Source: Chamaesiphon sp.
Lineage (GTDB): Bacteria > Cyanobacteriota > Cyanobacteriia > Cyanobacteriales > Chamaesiphonaceae
NCBI GenBank assembly: GCA_965246715.1
Contig: CBDFFH010000009.1
Coordinates: 1-64,000 of the forward strand
Direction of reading: 5' to 3'
DNA length: 64,000 bases
Part shown: positions 52,373 through 64,000 of the stretch, piece by piece
How the letters are laid out: the number at the start of each line of letters is the position of its first letter
Numbering within the stretch: the first letter of the stretch is position 1
Program-made: the position numbers and the translations under genes
Notes under the pieces: model-generated
Seen by the model: only the letters and a program-made list of their open reading frames with translations
Databases searched by the model: none
What the model was told of the DNA's origin: nothing

Positions 52373-53169
52373 TTATCCTCCAACCATTTATCTATTTTAA
52401 GTTTCACGATCGGATTGAGTTGCTTCCCTTGCTGATATCCATTCTTGACAATTTCATGTAACGGAGTACCGAGATCTACAGCTTCAAGAATTGCCGGATC
52501 TGCAAGCCAGGGCAGGATGTTAGCAATTTTAACTTTACTATCCTGCGAAAATTTGTCTAGCAGAGGTAACGGATCGAATCTATCCCAGTTAGGAACCGCA
52601 CTAGTAATTCCTAAGTTAAATACACATACATGCTGAATATTTGGATATTTGGTGACAAAATCGACGAACATCTGCTGGGAAGTACCGCTCCCAAAGCTAC
52701 ACCACCAATTTACAACTTTAAACGGTGACGATTCGCTCGCCATTAGCCCATTAATATTATTACTGTCCAGCCAAAGTTCGATCCCATCATTTGCTGGTAG
52801 AGAGACGATAATATCTTGCTTCAATCCATAGATAATATCCAATAATCGATCGCCTAAATAGCTAAACTTAGCATCTTTAGAGAAGATAATTTGTTCGCTC
52901 ATCAGATTTGAATCTACTTGCAATTTAAGTTCTTCTTTATCTGCTAACGATCGACCGAAGCGACTGCCGATTCCCAAAAGGGGACGCTCCGCGATCGAGC
53001 TGACCAAGGACTTAACATCCTTGTGTTGCCAAAGAGCCACGGTTTCTTTATCATAAGCACGAGCTACATTATAATTAGGATCGGCATCAATTAATGTAAA
53101 CGATCGCCCCAGCTCGATCGACCGTTCGCAAAACAGACGTGCGAGAGTAGATTTCCCCACTCCCCCTAA
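52336..53169 (-). pseudogene. ParA/MinD-like P-loop ATPase, 5' end removed by IS5
   Basis: GGVGKSTLAR deviant Walker A directly abutting the IS end; LIDAD. Confidence 0.7.
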
Positions 53170-54086
53170 GAAGCTGTTTGAAAAGTATTGAGAACGCCTC
53201 TGAGCCTCTGTGACAAGGCAATTGTAAAGTAAAAGGGTCTAAAAACAGACCCTTATAATGACACGACTAGCATACGACACAGACCTCACAGATGACCAGT
53301 GGCAAATTTTAGAACCGTATATTCCGGCGGCCAAACAAGGAGGTCGTCCTCGGAGCTTAGAGATGAGAGAAGTGCTCAATGCAATCTTCTATCTGCTGGC
53401 TAACGGGATTAAATGGCGAGCAATGCCCCATGACCTACCAAAATGGCCGAGTGTTTACACCTATTTCCGCGCATGGGAGGCAGATGGGACATGGCAGAAA
53501 CTCAATCATGAATTACAAGTAAAGGTGCGACTAGCAGCCGGAAGAAATGCCCAACCGAGTGCAGGGAGCGTGGATAGTCAATCGGTGAAAACAGCCAGTG
53601 GGGGTGAGGAGATCGGATTTGATGGTGGCAAGAAGGTTAAAGGACGTAAACGAACCATCTTGGTCGATACAATGGGTCTGCTGCTGGGTGTCTGTGTGCA
53701 TAGTGCTGGACGCTCCGACCATGCGGGGATGATTTTACTAGCCACGTTCTGGGCTTGGTTATGGCAGTGCCTGCAAGTGATTTGGATCGACAGCACCTTT
53801 GCTGGTAAGGAATTTGTGGCAAAGATCGAACGACAGTTTGGCTGGAAGTTGGAACATCTCAAGCGTACTGATGAGAAACCTGGTTTTCAGGTTATTCCTA
53901 AACGTTGGGTGGTGGAGCGGACTTACTCCTGGTTTGGACATTATCGGCGTTTAAGTAAAGACTATGAATTTTTGCCCACTACCAGCGAAATGATGCTGTT
54001 TGCTGCTATGGTTCATTTGATGGTTCGTCGATTAGAGCCTAAAACTCATGCTGGGTAAGCTATCCTCAAACTTTTCAAACAGGTTC
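53170..54086 (+). mobile_element. IS5-family (IS1031 group) element, transposase 53258-54058
   Basis: TIR GAA(G/C)CTGTTTGAAAAG; TAA on both sides; YDTDLTDDQW, VDSQSVKT, KRWVVERT. Confidence 0.95.
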
Positions 54087-54332
54087 TAAGGTTCCGTTCT
54101 GATTTTCAATGCCTCGAATCGAAATTGATGTTGTACTAGAGCTACCGTTAACTCGACTACATCTGGCGGATAAAAACCTTTTGTAAACCTGAATATTCCG
54201 ACAAGAATTTTGATAACTGCTACGAGATGTGGATTCTGCCACAGCATCATTAGGGATTGCCGCCAGCATTACAACGCAAGCGATCATAGTTATTAAACTT
54301 GACAACTGACTTAGTTTTGGAAAATAAGACAT
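54087..54332 (-). pseudogene. Secreted cyanovirin-N-like (CVNH) lectin, truncated by IS5
   Basis: Signal peptide; SYQNSCRNI..LSARC..G..IENQNGTL single CVN repeat. Confidence 0.7.
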
Positions 54333-54591
54333 AAGTGTTTTCTGATGGTAAACAAAGATTTATTTTTAGAAATGGAGATAGAAGACGCAGGGCAAATCGT
54401 CGGAACGACCTTGACGGACTTCGATCTTACAGATGACTGAGATCTAAATAACTAATAGCTTAATTTTGCCTAGTAAGCTATCAGCGTCTTCTGTAAGTAA
54501 ACAAAGTTTGATTTCGATTGAGAGGAAGGTGCAAAAATAGAAATAGTGAATTATTATTTAAATCTAAAACTTTCGCAAAGGACAAACTTCG

Positions 54592-56120
54592 ATGAAACGA
54601 TCTATAGCTTGGATCTCAATTATTAGTGCTTATGTCTTAGGAATTGCTACAGGGAGCATCCCACTTTTTATTTAGCGGTCGCAAATTAACCCGTTGAGGT
54701 AGGCGCAGCGATGCGCTAATACTTGAGGAACATTTTCAGATTTCCACTGCGCTCCAGAAATTTTAGTCCGGCGATCGATCTGTTTAATTGTAGACTCAAT
54801 GGAACCAGAACCAATAGAGCAGATTTGTTCGGCTTGAAAATAATAATAATTAATTATCCGATGACGATGTTTCTCTAAATAAGCACAAAAGTTTTCAGCT
54901 TGCTTGAGATTACAATCACCAAACAACTTAATCGTCTCATCAACTTTTCCGTACCAGAGTAATTCTCTGGCTGCAAATAATCTTTGGTTGGAACCGCCAA
55001 TTTTATGGAGATTTTCCATCAAATGAAACCAGTCGAGAATTTCTCTTCTTTCACCAATAGGTACAAATTCCTTGATGATATTCCATACCCCGTCATGGCC
55101 ATCACCTAAGCAAGTAACAACTGGAGCTAATTCTTGACTATTTACCCAATTAACGATCGTCTCATTTTCTTGAAATGATGATGCAATTTTTTGCTGTTGA
55201 TGTAGTACTGTTGCTTTGTATCCTTTCCAGCTACACACCTCTCCCTTTGGGGTTCTCACTCGAATATTCCCCCCATCTACACTCAATTCTGCCACGGGTG
55301 TCTCAGCTTGAGGCAATTCAAATTCTTGTCTGTGAATTAACCTCTGTTGGGCACTTTTTGATATCTCCACTCCAGTTAAATATTTGACTTCCTCTGTTGT
55401 CCTTTCGTAAGAAATTGATGCACTTATACGCAAGCAACAAGCTTCCAAATACGGACTGATTTGGGTATGACTTTTGATATTTAGCTTGGCTGCCTGTTTG
55501 CTTGTGATTGCTAATTCTCCAATTATGCTTTGGATCTGTCTTTTATATCCTCCAGTTTCGACTGTGACATTTTCGATAAAAAAATTCCGACGGATGGCAT
55601 CACATACTCTTGCATTCTCGCTCTCACCGCTTCTTCGATTTTTCCTAAGCTTGTTAGTTCTTCTTTTGGTGTATTTTTATACAATATTTTGGCAATAGCT
55701 TTTGTGTGTCGATCGAGTTCTTTTTGCTCTTCTGGACTCATTACACTACCTTAGTTTACTTGACCCCATTATCTCAAGATTATGCTCCCTCTGCTGCTAT
55801 TTTCACCAGATTTCTCGATCGCCATACTAGTACATACGCTTTATCTACATAAAACTAATAAAAAGTGGGATGCTCCCATTGCTACATTCGTTGGCGGAGC
55901 CTCTCCTTTGGAGAATCGAGTTAACCTCAAAGCTGTTGCAACTGCACCAAATCTTCAGCCAGAATTGACTAAACTTGGTAGCAAATCTTATTTACTCACT
56001 TGGACAGATAATTCTGTTGTCTATGTCTCTTGCTATCCCACAGTTAAACCCAGCATGAAACCTGCACCAATTAAACAAACCCCAAATAGATATGTCATCA
56101 CCTGTAAAAACAGATCGTAA
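54592..56120 (+). pseudogene. Small secreted protein interrupted by ISKra4 copy 2
   Basis: MKRSIAWISIISAYVLGIAT joins in frame to ..RVNLKAVATAPNL..CKNRS across the TSD. Confidence 0.65.
54652..55877 (-). mobile_element. ISKra4-family IS, copy 2
   Basis: Identical ORFs to copy 1; 9-bp TSD ATTGCTACA. Confidence 0.95.
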
Positions 56121-56176
56121 ACAACACTGACAGTGCTGAAAATAAAATATTTATAGGGCGTTAGTGAATGAGTTGG

Positions 56177-57358
56177 CTAAACGCCCAGCCCAAATGTTTC
56201 AAATTCAGTAGATACCTGCTGAATAAATCGATGAGTAACATACTCCATTACCACAGGCGGCAACCAGAATAACCCATCTGTTTTTTCGACGATCGATCGC
56301 CGCATCAATGAGTTTAGTTGTTTGGGTACACTTTGCTCAGGGGGCAAACCGACAATATTTTCACGAATTTTGGCAATTGATACTGGCTCACGATGAATCG
56401 CCAAGCAAAACAATACTTGCTGTTCGGCTGTGAATAACCGATTCTCATTCTGTTCGCGAAGCGTCTGCCTGCGCAGAGAGGCTACGCCAACGAACTGTCG
56501 ATCGAGCAAATCGCTAATGTCTGCAAATACCGAAATTCCGCAGTCGAGATCGGCGATAACCTCGGCGATGTTGCCATCGAACAGTGTTTGGGTGCTGGCT
56601 GCTACCATCTTCAGCATCAGCGGATTGCCACCATAGTGATGAATTAGCTGCTGCCAGTGGGCTGTCGTACCTGTAAATTCGCCTTTTTGGTCAAAGATGG
56701 CGCGTCCATCTGCGGGTGTGAGTCCCTTCAATGACAACGCGGCACAAGTGCTCTGTCTATCTTCCATCAGGGTGATTTCGCTGGGCTGTTCGCGACTGGT
56801 AAGCAATAGACAACTCTGGTGAGGAGTTTCGCCGATCGTTTTGAGTAGTTGTCCATAGGCTTCATAACCCGCGCTCCATTGTCCCACCCGCTGGGAATCT
56901 AAAATAACTTCAGCACTATCTAGCATCAATAGACACCGACGCGATCGCAGGTACTCCATCAACTTAGAAAACTTTTCATCAAGCATGGAGGGAATCACCG
57001 GATCTTCCCCATAGAGTGGCATCAGGAATTTCAACAGACTCGATAGCAGCTCTGCCAATGTTGGTGCATGAGTGAGACTGCGCCACACGACAATCTCAAA
57101 CTCGGATTGCATCTGGAGCGCAGCCTTAACAGCGATCGCACTTTTGCCAATCCCCTCCATTCCCATTACCCCAACCACGCGACAGCGATTGCAAACAATC
57201 CACTGCCACAGTTGCGCCAATTCTCGATCGCGCCCGTAGAAAACCGATGTATCGACAGCATTATCCCAATCCTGATGCGAATTTGGCTGTCTGTTGTTAT
57301 CCTCTTCATATATGGCGATTACAGATGTATGATCTGCCTTGGTTAATTCCAGCCCAAA
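56177..57358 (-). pseudogene. NB-ARC/NACHT STAND NTPase remnant
   Basis: QDW..VFYGR..EL, GMEGIGKS, LLTSRE, YGGNPL. N-terminus cut by IS; no WD40 tail. Confidence 0.8.
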
Positions 57359-58584
57359 GGGAGCATCCCACTTTTTATTTAGCGGTCGCAAATTAACCCG
57401 TTGAGGTAGGCGCAGCGATGCGCTAATACTTGAGGAACATTTTCAGATTTCCACTGCGCTCCAGAAATTTTAGTCCGGCGATCGATCTGTTTAATTGTAG
57501 ACTCAATGGAACCAGAACCAATAGAGCAGATTTGTTCGGCTTGAAAATAATAATAATTAATTATCCGATGACGATGTTTCTCTAAATAAGCACAAAAGTT
57601 TTCAGCTTGCTTGAGATTACAATCACCAAACAACTTAATCGTCTCATCAACTTTTCCGTACCAGAGTAATTCTCTGGCTGCAAATAATCTTTGGTTGGAA
57701 CCGCCAATTTTATGGAGATTTTCCATCAAATGAAACCAGTCGAGAATTTCTCTTCTTTCACCAATAGGTACAAATTCCTTGATGATATTCCATACCCCGT
57801 CATGGCCATCACCTAAGCAAGTAACAACTGGAGCTAATTCTTGACTATTTACCCAATTAACGATCGTCTCATTTTCTTGAAATGATGATGCAATTTTTTG
57901 CTGTTGATGTAGTACTGTTGCTTTGTATCCTTTCCAGCTACACACCTCTCCCTTTGGGGTTCTCACTCGAATATTCCCCCCATCTACACTCAATTCTGCC
58001 ACGGGTGTCTCAGCTTGAGGCAATTCAAATTCTTGTCTGTGAATTAACCTCTGTTGGGCACTTTTTGATATCTCCACTCCAGTTAAATATTTGACTTCCT
58101 CTGTTGTCCTTTCGTAAGAAATTGATGCACTTATACGCAAGCAACAAGCTTCCAAATACGGACTGATTTGGGTATGACTTTTGATATTTAGCTTGGCTGC
58201 CTGTTTGCTTGTGATTGCTAATTCTCCAATTATGCTTTGGATCTGTCTTTTATATCCTCCAGTTTCGACTGTGACATTTTCGATAAAAAAATTCCGACGG
58301 ATGGCATCACATACTCTTGCATTCTCGCTCTCACCGCTTCTTCGATTTTTCCTAAGCTTGTTAGTTCTTCTTTTGGTGTATTTTTATACAATATTTTGGC
58401 AATAGCTTTTGTGTGTCGATCGAGTTCTTTTTGCTCTTCTGGACTCATTACACTACCTTAGTTTACTTGACCCCATTATCTCAAGATTATGCTCCCTCTG
58501 CTGCTATTTTCACCAGATTTCTCGATCGCCATACTAGTACATACGCTTTATCTACATAAAACTAATAAAAAGTGGGATGCTCCC
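57359..58584 (-). mobile_element. ISKra4-family IS, copy 3
   Basis: Identical ORFs and TIRs; no TSD. Confidence 0.95.
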
Positions 58585-60992
58585 TTGCGAATTCTCCTAT
58601 CTCCGGTAAGTTGGTTGCTAGTCTGAATTCAGTTCGTTCTTCTAAATCGCAATAATTAACAATTCTGCACTCTACCGCTTGGGTATGGGTCATGGGCGGG
58701 TGTCCCGATTCGTGACAAGTTAAGAAAAACCGAGGGTTGTCAAGGGGAGAAAGAAAAAATGTCAAACTGTTACTAGCAAAGAGTTAGAACCAAATTTGAC
58801 ACATGCCTAAAAAGCGGACAACAAATCGCGACCACGCCAAGCGACAACAACGTCCGATGATGGAAGAGGAGGTGATAGCAGCACAATTAGAACAGCTAGT
58901 CACGCCAGCAGTACTAGCACAAGAAAAGTACTATCGCCAACTCGGAATGAGGGATAGAATACTGAATCTGCCGCTGATGGTAGCAGCAGTGCTGACACTA
59001 ATTTGGCGAGACGTAGCTGGAGTCAGAGAACTCAGCAGAATACTCGCCAGAGAAGGATTTCTCTGGTGCGAACCAACACAAGTCAGCCAACAAGCATTAT
59101 CACAGAGATTTTTGACATTTCCCGCTGAAATATTTGAGCGAATATTTAGAGAATTACTGCCAGAATTCGAGCGAAAATGGCACAGTCGCAACAAAAGACA
59201 ACTACCCTCCAGTATTCAATTTGCCCGAACTAAATTTGCTAGAGTTTGGGCTAGTGACGGTTCAACATTAGAAGCAATCTTCAAGAAATTAGAAAGTCTG
59301 ACAGATGTGCCAAAAAATCAATTAGCTGGAAAAATAGGAGTAGTCATCGATCTAGTAACCCGACTACCAGTAGAAATTTGGTTTGAGTCGAATGCCAAAG
59401 CTAGTGACATGAAGTTTGAGGCAGATATCCTAAAGCTAGTCAAGCCCCAGACATTAATTTTACTAGATCGAGGATTTTGTCATTATCTGTTTTGGCAACA
59501 ACTAATCGAAAGGAATGTTCATGTAATTACCCGCCTAAACAACAAAGCATCATTTACCGTCGAGAGCGCATTCACGAATAGTTACAGCATCCGCGACCGA
59601 ATAGTAACAATGGGTGCTGGTAATAAAACAACTCCATGTATCACGATGAGATTAGTGGAAATCAAAATGGGTAAAGCTTGGTACTCTTATCTAACTAGCG
59701 TGCTTGACCCATTAATTTTACCACCCTACGTAGTTGCCGATTTGTATGGTAGAAGATGGCGAATAGAAGAGGCATTTAATATTGTCAAACGATTGTTAGG
59801 ATTGAGTTATATCTGGACAGGCTCACTTAATGGTATTAAGTTGCAACTCTGGGGAACTTGGCTATTTTATATTGTATTAGTCGATCTTGGCGATGCGATT
59901 GCTGATGAGCTATCTCTTCCTTTTGACCGCATTTCTTTAGAGATGATTTATCGTGGTCTTTACCATTTTTATGTTGCCCATCACAAAGGTTTAGCTACCG
60001 ACCCCATTAAATATTTTGCAGCTCCTGAAAATAGAGATTTAGGTATTATTAAATCTATCCGAAAGCCATTCAAGAAATTAATGATTGACCCCTTTCCCGA
60101 CCAAGCGAGCAGGGAAGGCTCATTCTTTTTTGAGCCTTCCGCTCAACCCGGCTTGACAACTGCGCTCGCTCCTTAACTTGTCACGAATCGGGAAACCCGA
60201 CCGACCCAACTCCGCTTTTTCGTTCCTGTTCCTACTAAAAACTTACCATTTTCTTGCATCTGTAAACTCATATCATTCTTTATTCTCAAGACAAAGTATC
60301 GCTCTTTATCTTGAATTAGATCCTTGATTCTTTCCAGCTTACAAAATCCTCTATCCATTATGTTGACTCCATTCTTCGGTGTCGCTGCTATGGTTTCTTC
60401 TCCATATTTACTGTCATGTCCTTGTCCAAAATGAATTAATATTCCACCTGGCTCTGCTGTTAATAAATTAATACCGCTAAATAGTTTAACTTGCGGATGA
60501 AATCGCGCTGAGGTCTCCTCAGCGTGCGTTTCACCAAGCAGGTGATATCCTTCTTTCCATAGCAATTTACTAGTCAAGGATATAATCGTTGAATCAATTG
60601 GAAATAATACTAGAGCTTTCGGGTCAATGTTTTTCTTTTTATTCAGCTCACTTCTTAATCTTAAAAATAAATTATGAAATACAACTGGATCTCTATTTTT
60701 GCTAGCCTTCGAGAAAGTTGATATGTCCATATCTATTCCTCTAACATTCAACCTCTTGAATAAATCTCTCATACTGGATTGACTTTGATCCATTACAAAG
60801 CTCAACCAGCATGATCCAAACTTGAAGGTGTCCAGCACTGGATAATCATCTTTGGGAAGGTCGCCCAAGAATTTATTGATTATATTCGGAAAATTTGATA
60901 ACATGCTAACTAGTTTTTTGTTTTTAATCACCTCCATTTTATCTGAATGGGGGTCATTTTTTACCAGTTGTTACTATCATTCAACACTTCTG
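58585..60992 (-). mobile_element. IS4-family element (CAGAAGTGTTGAATG end), interrupted by a second IS4 and truncated by ISKra4
   Basis: FPIDSTIISLTSK, MDRGF; continuation ECRIVNYCDLE..FRLATNLP at 58585-58680. Confidence 0.85.
58704..60192 (+). mobile_element. IS4-family (ISH8-like) element, transposase 58803-60176
   Basis: TIR CCCGATTCGTGACAAGTTAAG; DGSTL, LDRGF, YGRRWRIEEAF (YREK-like). Confidence 0.9.
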
Positions 60993-61070
60993 ATATCGAC
61001 CATCTGCACTCTGACTTGAAAATTAAATAAACATAGCTATTATACCCCTCATAAATTCTCTGGCAATCGA

Positions 61071-61307
61071 TTGGCAGCTTATGCGAAAAAAATTGCCGAG
61101 CGAGATAGTGTCGATGCGGGGGTGGTGATTTGGAACTATGCTTGGACGAAAAAAGAATGGGCAGTAGCTCAAAATGCGCTCAAAGTAGTAGAAGGTGCGA
61201 GTAAAGCTAACGAAATTATCGATCGATATCTTCAGGATCGACTAGATTGGGAGCGGTTGAGTGATGATAATCAAGATTATCTATCACTGATGTTGCGATT
61301 GGATTAG
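61071..61307 (+). pseudogene. C-terminal gene fragment upstream of the PIN-like gene
   Basis: Open frame without a convincing start; 5' part replaced by the IS4 end. Confidence 0.4.
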
Positions 61308-61317
61308 GGCAGAAATT

Positions 61318-61963
61318 TTGAGTGCGATCTGCTTTTTAGATAACGATGCAATTCTCAAGTTGACTGCTTGTAATTTACTGGCAGAAGCGATGCTCTGTTT
61401 GGGTGTGGAGCGGGCTGATATTTATGTACTGGAATCAGCCCAGCATGTTTTTAGATCGAATCAGAGACTGCGCCGCAACTATTCAGAGCAAACTTGCAAT
61501 CTGGCGATCGAATTTGTCCTTGGCTGTCAAGTAATTACACCACCAACCGATCTGAGTGAATTGGATCTATTGAACCAGATTGTGAATATCGATCGTGGTG
61601 AAGCATTATTAATCTCTGCTACTGCAAATGTTGATGTATTTTGGTTGACTACTGGTGATAAACGCTGTATCAATGCGGTTGCTAGTTCGGGTTTAGAAGA
61701 GATCGAGCGACGATTAGCTGGTCGGGTTGTATGTCTAGAGCAAGTCATACTCAAATTAATCGATCGAGAGGGGTTTGAGTTAGTACGCGATTACCTCCGG
61801 TAGACTTCGCCAACGAGTTATCCCAGGTAGAGATTGCGACAAAGTTCTCAAATCTGCGTTTGGTTCTGGGAGATATGCAGAGTAAAAAAATGTGGTAGAG
61901 ACGTTGGAAAGTTACGTTCTAGATTTGCGGAATAGTTCGCAGGGATTACTGGCAAATTTTTAA
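61318..61963 (+). pseudogene. PIN-like domain protein frameshifted by a 22-nt repeat
   Basis: FLDNDAILKL, IDRGEA, TGDKR. Removing 61792-61813 restores VRDRVIPGRDCD; a further TAA lies downstream. Confidence 0.7.
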
Positions 61964-62073
61964 ACGCGAACTGCTGTGCTGGTCTACCATAATGAGAAAC
62001 AAGGATGACCTCAACCCGCTCATCAGTAGTTATCGTCTGCCATAATAATAGATAAATTAGCGCAATCTCAGCT

Positions 62074-62307
62074 ATGGAAGCGATCGCTCTCGAACAACAA
62101 ATCTTAGTAAGTATCCGCACCTTGCCCGTACAGCAACAGCATGAGGTGTTAAACTTTGCCCAATTCCTGCATCAAAAAGCAGCAGTCAAGCCCCCTCGTC
62201 GCAGTCTCAAGGGTTTAGGTGCTGATTTGAAGGTTCAGATTACTGAAACCGATATTGATGAAGTCCGTCAGGAAATGTGGGGTAACTTTCCAAGGGAGAT
62301 CGTTTAG
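62074..62307 (+). CDS. DUF2281-like VapB antitoxin
   Basis: LP..QQ.EVLNFAQFL..RRSLKG; directly upstream of vapC. Confidence 0.75.
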   Translation: MEAIALEQQILVSIRTLPVQQQHEVLNFAQFLHQKAAVKPPRRSLKGLGADLKVQITETDIDEVRQEMWGNFPREIV

Positions 62308-62309
62308 GG

Positions 62310-62734
62310 ATGGCGATTGTTGCCGATACACACGCCATCATTTGGTATTTGGTTGAGCCAGAGCGATTATCTCAAGTAGCCCTAGATGCACTAGAAGGAG
62401 AGATTGCGGCTGGAGAACCAATATATATTTCTGCAATCTCTTTGATTGAAATTTGTTATTTAATTGAAAAACGTAGAATAGCCAGCGATTTACTTCAACG
62501 GATTCTAGCAGTACTGAATGAGCCAGATCCTAGCCTAATCGTAGTGCCGATCGATCTGGCAATTTCCATCGCGGTTCAAAATATCGTTGGCGTAGCCTCT
62601 CTTTGGAGAATCGCGATACCGTTCCCGATATGCCGGATCGAATTATTGCCGCAACCGCCTTACATTTGAATTTACCACTGGTGACTCGCGATCGAAAGAT
62701 CCAAGCCGAACGATCGATTATCACAATTTGGTAA
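62310..62734 (+). pseudogene. vapC: VapC PIN toxin frameshifted by a 23-nt repeat
   Basis: ADTHAIIW, SAISLIEI. Removing 62587-62609 restores IDRDTVPDMPDRIIAATAL..LVTRD. Confidence 0.85.
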
Positions 62735-62775
62735 ACATGCCTATTCGTACTCAGCAGCCATTCTCTAATGAGGGG

Positions 62776-63190
62776 CTACACCAACGGCCAATTCGGAATA
62801 GCCGCATCGATCGCCTCCATCACCTCGATCGTTTCTCCCAATGCGGCGACAATCCCCTGATAGTGGGCGATATCCGCTGCACTCAATATCCGCCCTTTGC
62901 GATCTTTGAGCCACTTGTGACAGACTTGATAACCCCCAACATGGAACTTCCACACCGCTTCGGGGACATTAATAAACCCTTCTTCCTGTTTGTTGATGGG
63001 GTGACTTTGCCCGATTCATACTTGGGATAACCCGCCCCAACTTCTGCGGAACTATTACCACCTAAGCCACTCTCCCAGTCGCCTCCTCTCGCTGTCTCTA
63101 CAGATTTCATCAAGTGTAAGTTAACCAATCTCTCGCCGAAGTTGGCTAGTTTCTCGAACAGTTCGTTATTGCTGGTGAGGGGTACGCGGG
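62776..63190 (-). pseudogene. C-terminal fragment of a type ISP-like restriction-modification enzyme
   Basis: FHVGGYQVCHKWLKDRKGR..DIAHYQ.IV.AL.ETI in an alternate frame; cut by ISAs1. Confidence 0.65.
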
Positions 63191-64000
63191 CAGGGTGAAC
63201 GCACTTAAATTTCCTACTATTTAAAATCCTCGCAAATCAGTTGCAGATTTGAATTACGAAAAGTATGAAAGCTTTAATGGTAAACAAGTATAGCCAGTTA
63301 ATTATGTTATATTTATTGGAAATTCAGATCGCGTCAAATGAAGCTAAAGCCAAGGCATAGTATCGCAGAACACTTTGGTGACATAAAAGACATTAGAATT
63401 GAACGGGGGAAAAAACACAAACTAATCGATATTATCACGATCTCGATTTGTGCAGTAGTATGTGGAGCAGATGGATGGGAAGACATAGAGCTGTATGGCA
63501 TCACCAGAAAAAAATGGCTGGAGGAATTTCTAGAATTACCGAATGGGATACCATCTCACGATACATTTGCACGGGTATTTTCACAAATTAATCCTGAAGA
63601 ATTCAATAAATCTTTCCTGCATTGGATTAAAGGAATAAGTAAAATAACAGCAGGAGAGATAATCGCATTTGATGGAAAACAATCTCGAAATTCAAGAGAC
63701 GAAAAAAATGGTAAAGGAGTAATTAATACGGTCAGTGCTTGGGCAGCAAGTAATAGATTAGTATTAGGACAAACAAAAGTCGAGAGTAAATCAAATGAAA
63801 TTACTGCATTGCCTGAGTTGATTAATGCCTTAGATCTAGCTGGATGTATAGTGACAATTGATGCAATGGGATGTCAGCGAGAAATAGTCAAGAAAATTGT
63901 CAAAAAAGAAGCAGATTATGTAATTGCTGTCAAAAAGAATCAACCAAGTTTATATGAAAGGGTAGAACAGCTATTCAAACAGGCGATTAAAACTCGTGGT
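63191..64000 (+). mobile_element. ISAs1-family IS (different from 20072-21317); transposase from 63338 runs off the window
   Basis: CAGGG end; MKLKPRHSIAEHF, GIPSHDTF, AFDGK, KSNEITA, VTIDAMGCQ. Confidence 0.9.

Noticed and set aside
389..63128. Numerous short antisense or overlapping ORFs in the six-frame track
   Set aside because: Shadow ORFs of longer motif-bearing genes, without RBS or recognisable motifs.

Overview
Cyanobacterial accessory DNA (very dense HIP1-type CGATCG sites) with almost no housekeeping genes. It is a mosaic of integrated plasmid-like elements, defence/toxin modules and IS elements. (1) 1-16.8 kb: an integrative, mobilisable element at a tRNA-Pro(GGG). It has a tyrosine integrase, a xis-like gene, a DUF3854 primase/ATPase with iteron arrays, a MOBF relaxase, a ParM/ParR-like pair and a leading-region gene train (DUF5895-like, TGT/DpdA-like pseudogene, SSB, DUF932). 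(2) 17-33 kb: decayed rolling-circle Rep, IS-split N6-MTase/REase, DUF4145-kinase fusion, e(P4) phosphatase, AbiE type IV TA and a deletion-riddled DEAH helicase. (3) 33-39 kb: remnant of a second plasmid-like replicon built around a frameshifted RdRP/YonO-like two-barrel polymerase (DFDGD) next to an iteron array. (4) 39.5-50.4 kb: cupin, ART toxin/immunity-like pair, AlaX remnant, and an intact operon of AT-hook/XRE/substrate-binding regulator + heme-oxygenase-like diiron enzyme + amino-acid ABC importer. A TIGR04255/ART three-gene cassette follows, with its toxin-like gene split by ISL3. (5) 50.7-64 kb: TA modules and an IS graveyard (IS5, ISKra4 copies, nested IS4s, ISAs1). Many genes carry 21-48 nt mobile mini-repeats, most inserted exactly into CGAT^CG sites. 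All family calls come from motif recognition by eye, not database searches.
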